A stretch of 64,000 nt of DNA from Nitrospinales bacterium. Lineage in GTDB: Bacteria > Nitrospinota > Nitrospinia > Nitrospinales > VA-1. Of this stretch, positions 58,001-64,000 are shown piece by piece. The stretch covers positions 3,168,001 to 3,232,000 of the forward strand of contig CBDCWG010000012.1 in NCBI GenBank assembly GCA_965223345.1. Reading direction: 5' to 3'. Numbering within the stretch: position 1 is the stretch's first letter; each line of letters opens with the position of its first letter. The translations under genes and the position numbers were made by a program. Below the pieces are notes generated by a model that was not told the DNA's origin, ran no database searches, and saw nothing but the letters and a program-made list of their open reading frames with translations.

Positions 58001-60005
58001 CGGGATGGGGGGAAATGTACTTGACCACTTTATACGTCGCTTCGGGTTCGGACAGGGCCGTGTTGCCTTTCCAGCCGTAATCCCAGACCGAACCGTCGTA
58101 AGCGAGGATCTGGCCCTTCTCATCGTCGGTGTGACCGGGTTTGCCCTGAGGCGGCAGCATGTACTTCACCCAGTCCTTGACGTTGACGACCGGCGTTTTC
58201 TGGGTCCAGTCGCTTTTGCCATTGCTGACAATTTTAAACTTCTTGCCAAACCAGTCCATGGTCTTGCCGACCAGTTTGTCGGAGCTGACCCCTTTCGGGA
58301 TCCGGCCCTTACGGTCGGGAAGCTCCTGCAAGGGACGCATGACGTCGGTGCTGCCGAACGGATAGTTGCCGTCCTGCAGCGTGTTGTACACGCGCCAGTA
58401 GCCCCACATGCCCGCAACGTAGTGATGCGCCACATGGCAATGGAACAGAAAGTCGCCTGCGAGGCGCTGACACAAACCGGAACCGCACTCGGTCTCAAGG
58501 TCCAGTGCTTCGGAAGGACCGATGACTTCCACGTCCACGCGGTCGGTCGTGGTGCGCACAACCGGGTACTTGACCGGACCATCGTAGGCCGCGGTGATCA
58601 AACTGTCGATTCCCGGCTCGCGCTTGGGAGAGCGGGTCCAGCGGATGGATCCGCCATGCGGATGATGGGAATGGAACACTTCACCGCCACCGTGAATCAG
58701 GCGGAATTTCACCGGATCGCCCAGGTAGGACCGGGGAACCGTCGTCGGAACATCTCCGAAAGTGTAGGAGCTGTAGGACAGGGATTCGTCCTCATAGTGA
58801 AACATCTTTCCTTGAACCGCGAGGTTGTTGATGCCGAACGGCTCACTGCGGTAATTCATCGCACGCGCGGAAGGACGGTAGGCGTCCGTAAGAGGATCAC
58901 GCTGCGGAATCATCTCGCCGTGACGGTTCAGGGGACGGAAAGACTCGTCGCCGACTTCGTGATAGAACAATACGAATTCACGGAAGTCTTTGTCTTCGTC
59001 GTTGGAGATCATCGCCATCCAGCCGTTCTCCAATGGACCGCCGGTCCACGGATCGAGATACTTGGAACCCTTCGGCTCGACGATGAACGCGCCGATCAGA
59101 CCCAATGAAGAAGGATCGCGGCCGGCATGACTCTGAATCATGTGGCTGCCTTCCTGCTCGTCGATGGGAATGTACCACTCGAAATCCTGCGATTCGCCGG
59201 AAGAAATGATAGAGCCGGCAGAAGCGGCACTCGCCGGCGCACCGGAGGAGCTGATGATCATCGCGGAACCGTTGACCTGGAATCCGACGTCTTCATCTTC
59301 CACTTCGTTGCGAACCTTGAAGCGCACGCAATCGCCCTGGTTCGCTCTTAGAACCATGGGTGCAATCGCATCTCCCTGGAAACCCGTGGATACGGCGCCC
59401 GGATCGAGATTTTTTTCATCCTCTCGAGCCTTGCGGTTCTTTTTCTCTTCTTCCCGGACCCTAGGAACATCTTTGGTCAGAGCGTACATGTAGCCGGGAT
59501 AGTAGTCGCCCCACTGGTTCAACGTGACTTCCACGTTGATCGCGGTCACGTCGTAAGACTTGACCGGAGCGGAACTGGGACAATGCGCCCCTTTGTACAC
59601 CTTGTCCGCGGCTTCGGAGGGCCCCAGCAGATAGCTCTGGCCGAGCTGATGCGCCGACCAGGAATCGTGGAAGCCGCCGCCCGAGGAAGCCGGTGCGGCG
59701 TGCTCTTTGAGCTTGCCCTGCAGGCGGTCCATGAGCTTCATGAATGTCTGATTCATGCGCTCCTGGCGGTTTTCCATGCCGCTCATCATCTCCTCGGTAT
59801 TGACCTGCTCTTCCAGCTTTTTAAGCCAGGCCGGCTGGTCTACCGCAGGGCCGATGCTCGAGGGCTCGCCATGCATGGAATGGTCCATTTTCATCTGTGC
59901 GCCTGCGGGAAGCCCCCATCCCAGGACCAGGAAGGCCACGAGCGGAATCAATAGGATCCCCACGCTCAGGCCGCGCACCCGATTAGGAAATTGCCTTTGC
60001 TTCAT
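55044..60005 (-). CDS. Very large secreted multicopper oxidase (MnxG-like), 1653 aa
   Basis: HSHHPHG, HCHVAHHYVAGM, IHPH, WHDH copper motifs; repeated cupredoxin domains (LRANQGDC, IRANVYDC, LRAYVGD, IRANIGDC, IKAHAGD); GGAGG RBS. Confidence 0.9.
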   Translation of the reverse strand: MKQRQFPNRVRGLSVGILLIPLVAFLVLGWGLPAGAQMKMDHSMHGEPSSIGPAVDQPAWLKKLEEQVNTEEMMSGMENRQERMNQTFMKLMDRLQGKLKEHAAPASSGGGFHDSWSAHQLGQSYLLGPSEAADKVYKGAHCPSSAPVKSYDVTAINVEVTLNQWGDYYPGYMYALTKDVPRVREEEKKNRKAREDEKNLDPGAVSTGFQGDAIAPMVLRANQGDCVRFKVRNEVEDEDVGFQVNGSAMIISSSGAPASAASAGSIISSGESQDFEWYIPIDEQEGSHMIQSHAGRDPSSLGLIGAFIVEPKGSKYLDPWTGGPLENGWMAMISNDEDKDFREFVLFYHEVGDESFRPLNRHGEMIPQRDPLTDAYRPSARAMNYRSEPFGINNLAVQGKMFHYEDESLSYSSYTFGDVPTTVPRSYLGDPVKFRLIHGGGEVFHSHHPHGGSIRWTRSPKREPGIDSLITAAYDGPVKYPVVRTTTDRVDVEVIGPSEALDLETECGSGLCQRLAGDFLFHCHVAHHYVAGMWGYWRVYNTLQDGNYPFGSTDVMRPLQELPDRKGRIPKGVSSDKLVGKTMDWFGKKFKIVSNGKSDWTQKTPVVNVKDWVKYMLPPQGKPGHTDDEKGQILAYDGSVWDYGWKGNTALSEPEATYKVVKYISPHPGKRHPIQFAPGTGKLAWPHMTPHFGKRVPFARHHGGAPWLEPFHLMPDDEILDTESGSGKSGPNVESSAPAKPGEQGRWSLCPKGAGRKQYNLHFINTPIELTPAVGDTPPVIDKYGLIYVIDEEMAAVKADPKKAIPLVIRANVYDCVDLLLTSEWNDDDFTNFQMSKLNIHPHFFQFDNQASDGVISGFSYDQSMRPYTQFSKKMKDGHHVGMPVPMNAKLLKATKAGDTTVEIEMAKGATAFHVGTDIIVGIEVPNGKDARWIKSMSPDPNKNPAKDGKYKITFTEGMKHAHKAGEIVSTEFVRYRWWVDADLGLVFWHDHAFGATTWPHGGIGTTIVEPWGSTYHDPKTGKEIRSGPVADIHGSEPFAYGRNGSFRELVAQLHDTVPHTAQLVNEGNPPGLSRKNAIAAGQSISFQMPDDMLEVAFPYLNGGTHTTGGGFNFRAASLSSRLKANKDASKLFSSKVHGDPVTPMLRAYVGDNIMFRVLHGMMNETHTWVVSGHGYRPERYDRDSRVTNALHVGIAERYDLATTAGGYQQMAGDYLYYDGRTSHLSEGSWGIIRVHDKLQKDLKVLPGNRDFAKKAKKTLCPKDAPVKNFSVVAINKALKFNPNTEDEIEVDFERKLLLANANAKIFALEGEVSKAADDGGMPHPLTIRANIGDCIKIKLTNRLKEGNASLHANNVAFDPMDSQGINVGNNPGDQTVAPGKSKTYTYYAHPDYGLNGALLWDFGNLTTNVRDGMYGAIIIGPRGSVYRDPETGKDISLANSWKADVIVDKSYPGNEHLENYRDFALYFQDEDNILGTSFMPYLQNVAGLTGVNYRLEPWSYREDEGCDLGNIFTPCVAADSDPATPVIKAHAGDQVMINVFGAHNEQNQMFNLDGHQWRRHIMQENSDMIDVEEFGGGEYIQAFFKAGGTYQNPGTYLWLNARTPYQQAGQWGYFKVLPAGEQSILPLSKGSGSGKKADSTPAVGEERLSMNR

Positions 60006-60283
60006 AAATTACCTCCTCAATTGAAAAAAATAATCCTCACCAACCACTGCTAAACCACCGGCTTTGAGAACCGGCCTTCTGATATCGATTCACCCCCTTG
60101 GAATTGAGAAAATTATGGGCTGTACGATCCTGTTTCTCGTGGAGGCCAAAGCCGCCTTTTTTACGGAATGGAGGACTGGGTTGGAGACAGGCCTTTAAAA
60201 TTCAATCTGTTAAGGCGAGGAGCGTAAACCCCGGCAAAATAACACCTCCCGATTTCCTCCCGTAGAAGAAAAAAACAATAAGG

Positions 60284-60311
60284 AAGATACATCGAGGTAT
60301 GAATTATTCCC
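60284..60311 (-). promoter_or_regulatory. Candidate ECF sigma promoter GGGAATAA-N13-GTATCTT
   Basis: Oriented toward the oxidase gene, about 280 bp upstream. Confidence 0.6.
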
Positions 60312-60429
60312 TCAATCACTTTATTTTTTTGGATTTTTTCGGGTACGAAACGGCAGGCGGAATTCGCGAAAAATACGGCCTCACCGGGCTCGCAGAAAGC
60401 GGAAAATTTCCCCGGAAGGGAGAAAATTA

Positions 60430-61020
60430 TCAGTCCTGATTGATGGGGTGCGCGGGGTTTTCCGAGTTGAAGAATTCGGACTGCATGAGCAGCTGTTTCA
60501 GGTGCACTTTGGCGCGGGCCAGGCGCGACATGACGGTGCCGATGGGGATGTCGAGGATTTCGGATATCTCTTTGTAGGAGCGGTTCTCAAAATAGAACAG
60601 GATGATGGGAAATTTGAGCCGCTCGTTGAGCTTGTCCAGGGCTTCCTGCACCCTTTGCTTCAATTCGTTTTGAATATATTCGTTTTCCGGATCGAGAGGC
60701 TGCTTGGTGTGCAGGTTTTCGCATACGGTGTCGAACTCGAGCTCCAGCCAGTTTTTCCGCTTTTTGATGTCCTTGAGAAAGAGATTTCTCAGGATCGAAA
60801 ACAGCCAGTATTTGCACTTCTCCCGATCCTTGAGCTGGTGGAAGTTCTTCAAGGCGTAGTAAAACGTCTCCTGAACCAGATCCTCCGCATGCTCCTTTTC
60901 ACGGCACAGCCGGTAGGCGGCCCCTAAAATAATGGGGCCGTTGGGGTGCAGATGATTGGAATAATCTTCAATTTCCGCCTGATTTTGGAGACTCTCTTTG
61001 AACCGTATTAAAAATTCCAA
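60430..61020 (-). CDS. ECF (sigma24-type) RNA polymerase sigma factor
   Basis: AEDLVQETF, WLFSILRN, SYKEISEILDIPIGTVMSRLARAK; start uncertain. Confidence 0.92.
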   Translation of the reverse strand: MEFLIRFKESLQNQAEIEDYSNHLHPNGPIILGAAYRLCREKEHAEDLVQETFYYALKNFHQLKDREKCKYWLFSILRNLFLKDIKKRKNWLELEFDTVCENLHTKQPLDPENEYIQNELKQRVQEALDKLNERLKFPIILFYFENRSYKEISEILDIPIGTVMSRLARAKVHLKQLLMQSEFFNSENPAHPINQD

Positions 61021-61078
61021 TGCGTGCGTCCCGGGTTCGGGTCTTCCCAGCGGGAAGCGCCCCTTTTTTTGAGCGATA

Positions 61079-61106
61079 GGGAATAATATATAAAAATCAT
61101 TATCTT
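61079..61106 (+). promoter_or_regulatory. Candidate ECF sigma promoter GGGAATAA-N13-TTATCTT overlapping a Fur/PerR-like half box AATCATTATC
   Basis: Oriented toward the ferritin-like gene; same spacing as the other copies. Confidence 0.5.
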
Positions 61107-61404
61107 TTAAAGGGGTATAGGGTCCGGCTGCAAATTCTCTTGTCTCACGGCTGAAAAAAGCCGGGCGTTTACGCTGAGAACAGTCATTATCCCTTAAATA
61201 TCAATTCATTCTGATTTTTATCCCGGAGGTGAACGGCTTCGGCTCTTTTATTGCCCCAAAGTCAGTGAGATTTTTCTACACATTTGGCCGCCCTTTGATA
61301 AAATTTCGGCTCATGTCTGAAAAGGCTTTTTCCCTGAATCTTTTGCGTCCGCCGGGAATCCAAACCTTTTACGACCGATTTGCCGAACTCAATCCAAACG
61401 AGCG

Positions 61405-61908
61405 ATGGACATCACCAACGAAGAGCTGTTGAGGCTTTCCACAAAAATCGAGCGCGAGGGCAAAGCCTTTTACACGGAACTGGCCGAACACATTCGCGAG
61501 CCGGACGTGAAAGAGTTCCTTGAGACCATGGCGAAAGAAGAGGCCACCCACGAAATCCAGTTCGCCAAAATGCTCTCGGAAAAAGGCGAACGCCCTTTCG
61601 GCTGGGAGTCGAACGCATCGCTGCGCGCGCTCATCGACGCGCAGTACCAGACCGACATCTTCCCCAATCTCGATGAGCTTTTCGATCAGATGCCCCGGTT
61701 CCAGGGGATTCAGAAAGCCATCGGATTCGCTCTGGAAGCGGAAAAGGTTTCCGCTGAATTTTACGGCCTGATGCAGGAAGTCTGCACCGACATCAAGACC
61801 AAAACCCTGCTCGTTCTTCTGGAAAGAGCGGAGCAGGACCACCTCGACCGCATCGAACAACTGAAAGAACGTTACCTGACCCAGTCGCCGGACGAATCCT
61901 CTCTCTGA
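61405..61908 (+). CDS. Ferritin-like (rubrerythrin diiron domain) protein
   Basis: IEREGKAFY...MAKEEATH...EAEKVSAEFY...AEQDH duplicated E..EXXH pattern. Confidence 0.88.
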   Translation: MDITNEELLRLSTKIEREGKAFYTELAEHIREPDVKEFLETMAKEEATHEIQFAKMLSEKGERPFGWESNASLRALIDAQYQTDIFPNLDELFDQMPRFQGIQKAIGFALEAEKVSAEFYGLMQEVCTDIKTKTLLVLLERAEQDHLDRIEQLKERYLTQSPDESSL

Positions 61909-61986
61909 GCATCTTCCGCTCTCCCCTTTCAAGCCTGCTTTCACCGTTTGCAAAACACAGATTCAGCCCTTGCGCGCTTTTGGCGC

Positions 61987-62020
61987 AAAAAAAAGCAGTA
62001 CCGGCCGAAACCGGTACTGC
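61987..62020 (-). terminator. Intrinsic terminator
   Basis: Stem GCAGTACCGG/CCGGTACTGC followed by a U8 run on the minus strand. Confidence 0.85.
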
Positions 62021-62041
62021 TCGAATGGAATGCGATCTGGC

Positions 62042-62842
62042 TTATTTTGCGGCCAACTCGAAATCCTGTTTGGCTTCACCATCGGCCACGGTCACTTCCT
62101 TGGTCACTTCTCCCACGTAGGGATGCCAGGCGGTGACTTTGTATTTGCCGGCGGGGATGCCGTCGATTTTGAACGCGCCGTCTTTCCCGCTGATTGCATA
62201 GTACGGGTTCCAGACGATGCGGGCATCGGCTTCCATGAAGTTGTGCTGATCGCACTGCAGGAAGAAATGCTTGTCTTTTTTCTGCTTGAAGCGCTTCAGG
62301 GACTTGGTGACGTCGGCCACATCGCCCTTGGAAGGCAGGGGTTTGTTGAACAGGGTCTTGCGGTTCGCACCGACCACGGAGTAACCGTGCGGGTTGTGCA
62401 GAATGTCCGGATCCTGATTGGTGATCTTCATCAACCCTTCTTTCATGCCTTTCGGGGTTTTCCGGGCAACAGAGACTTTCGGAAAAATGTCGCAGTCTTT
62501 GAAGTCGAAATTGATCGGCTCTTTAGACCAGGCTTTGCCTTTTTCGATGTTCTCGATGAAGACCACCGTGTCAGAGAGCTTGCCGCCGTCGGCCACCACT
62601 TTGTGCCGCGGGCGCATGTTGTCTTTGGCATCGGGATGCTTGGCGCAGAACTCGACGTTTTTACCTTTGCTCAAATCTTCCATGATCGGTGCCGGTGCAT
62701 CGCCTTTCAACGTCACCACACCGCTGATGGACCCGCCACCGGCGGCTCCTTCCTCATACTTGCCTTTTTTTGCGAAGCTGGTAGACGCACCGAGGACCAG
62801 TGCCACTGCTAAAACGAGTACTCCCAACAATACTTTTTTCAT
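62042..62842 (-). CDS. Secreted cupredoxin-like / carboxypeptidase-regulatory-like protein
   Basis: Signal peptide; ILHNPH...QCDQHNFM; NPYYAISGKDG.F.IDGIPAGKY...WHP. Confidence 0.82.
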   Translation of the reverse strand: MKKVLLGVLVLAVALVLGASTSFAKKGKYEEGAAGGGSISGVVTLKGDAPAPIMEDLSKGKNVEFCAKHPDAKDNMRPRHKVVADGGKLSDTVVFIENIEKGKAWSKEPINFDFKDCDIFPKVSVARKTPKGMKEGLMKITNQDPDILHNPHGYSVVGANRKTLFNKPLPSKGDVADVTKSLKRFKQKKDKHFFLQCDQHNFMEADARIVWNPYYAISGKDGAFKIDGIPAGKYKVTAWHPYVGEVTKEVTVADGEAKQDFELAAK

Positions 62843-62942
62843 TGCCTTCGATCCCTCCTTAGTTGGACGAAACATTAATATACACCCACCATCGAGTGAT
62901 TGTGGTCTTTGTAATGACGCTTGATCGAACCGGGAGCCGACT

Positions 62943-62970
62943 ATTATAGCACTTATTATACAATCCTCAA
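62943..62970 (-). promoter_or_regulatory. sigma70-like promoter TTGAGG-16-TATAAT with extended -10
   Basis: TGCTATAAT about 100 bp upstream of ATG 62842. Confidence 0.6.
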
Positions 62971-62986
62971 GAGTCATCGAAAAAAG

Positions 62987-63018
62987 AAAAAGGGGGCCCT
63001 GTACAGAGGCCCCCTTTT
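62987..63018 (-). terminator. Intrinsic terminator of the second oxidase gene
   Basis: AAAAGGGGGCC-loop-GGCCCCCTTTT. Confidence 0.8.
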
Positions 63019-63034
63019 AATTTTAAGCCATGAA

Positions 63035-64000
63035 CTACTTGTTCATGGACAGCCTGTCATCCCCCACCTGCTCGGTGGAAGCGGCTTTCTTCGGCTTGGC
63101 AGCACCCTGGCCCAGAGGCAGGATGGACTGCTCACCCGCAGGAAGCACCTTGAAATAACCCCACTGACCTGCCTGCTGATAGGGGGTCCTCGCATTCAGC
63201 CACAGGTAAGTGCCGGGATTCCGGTAGGTGCCGCCGGCTTTGAAGAAGGCCTGGATGTACTCGCCGCCACCGAACTCCTCGACATCGATCATGTCCGAGT
63301 TGTCCTGCATGATATGGCGGCGCCACTGATGGCCGTCCAGGTTGAACATCTGGTTCTGCTCGTTGTGCGCACCGAACACGTTGATCATCACCTGATCTCC
63401 GGCATGTGCCTTGAGCACCGGAGTCGCGGGATCGCTGTCCGCCGCGACGCAGGGCGTGAAGATATTGCCCAGCTCACAACCTTCATCCTCGCGGTAGCTC
63501 CAGGGCTCCAACCGGTAGTTGACGCCCGTGAGACCCGCCACGTTCTGCAGATAAGGCATGAACGAGGTGCCGAGGATGTTGTCTTCATCCTGGAAGTACA
63601 GAGCGAAATCGCGGTAGTTCTCGAGATGCTCGTTTCCGGGATAGGATTTATCGACGATGACGTCCGCTTTCCAGGAGTTGGCCAAAGAGATATCCTTGCC
63701 GGTCTCAGGATCGCGGTACACCGAACCGCGCGGTCCGATGATGATCGCGCCGTACATGCCGTCGCGAACGTTGGTCGTCAGGTTGCCGAAATCCCACAGC
63801 AATGCGCCGTTCAGACCGTAGTCCGGATGGGCATAATACGTGTAGGTCTTCGACTTGCCAGGCGCCACCGTCTGATCTCCGGGGTTGTTCCCCACGTTGA
63901 TCCCCTGGGAATCCATGGGATCGAACGCCACGTTGTTGGCGTGCAGGGACGCGTTCCCTTCTTTCAGGCGGTTGGTCAGCTTGATCTTGATGCAGTCGCC
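63035..64000 (-). CDS. Second large multicopper oxidase, C-terminal part (5' end beyond window)
   Basis: Near-identical to the C-terminus of 55044-60005; frame open to the window end. Confidence 0.9.
   Translation of the reverse strand, partial: GDCIKIKLTNRLKEGNASLHANNVAFDPMDSQGINVGNNPGDQTVAPGKSKTYTYYAHPDYGLNGALLWDFGNLTTNVRDGMYGAIIIGPRGSVYRDPETGKDISLANSWKADVIVDKSYPGNEHLENYRDFALYFQDEDNILGTSFMPYLQNVAGLTGVNYRLEPWSYREDEGCELGNIFTPCVAADSDPATPVLKAHAGDQVMINVFGAHNEQNQMFNLDGHQWRRHIMQDNSDMIDVEEFGGGEYIQAFFKAGGTYRNPGTYLWLNARTPYQQAGQWGYFKVLPAGEQSILPLGQGAAKPKKAASTEQVGDDRLSMNK

Noticed and set aside
54906..59108. Long plus-strand ORFs (840 aa, 412 aa) opposite the oxidase
   Set aside because: Stop-poor antisense frames typical of high-GC coding DNA; no recognisable motifs

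Overview
High-GC (roughly 60% by eye) Gram-negative bacterial chromosome segment. The gene content (very large MnxG-like multicopper oxidases, multiheme cytochromes with an ethylbenzene-dehydrogenase-type domain) suggests a Nitrospina/Nitrospira-like chemolithotroph, but this is inference only. Bases 1-48 kb are mostly housekeeping and envelope genes: lipA, pyrG, kdsB, polysaccharide glycosyltransferases, iscS/cysE, scpA, rsmE, serB, rarA, argS, UDG and a LolA-like/FtsX ABC operon. Small accessory inserts sit between convergent genes. Bases 48.8-64 kb hold a copper/heme redox cluster: cupredoxin-like proteins, two tri-heme cytochromes c, a 1653-aa multicopper oxidase plus a near-identical second copy cut by the window end, an ECF sigma factor and a ferritin-like protein. 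The most notable non-gene signals are: (1) a shared bipartite motif GGGAATAA-N13/14-GTATCTT upstream of four redox transcription units, a candidate regulon of the ECF sigma factor in the cluster; (2) a family of purine-rich CGCAAAG/ACAGGAT repeats bracketing lower-GC passenger genes at 2.7-3.2 kb and 5.9-7.2 kb, a cassette-like system; (3) a His/Cys-rich secreted ORF ending in DPPPR at the head of a metal-uptake-like operon, a candidate metal-sensing arrest peptide; (4) a 527-bp tract identical between the two oxidase genes. I saw no rRNA, tRNA, CRISPR array, integrase or transposase. All alignments and counts were done by eye.
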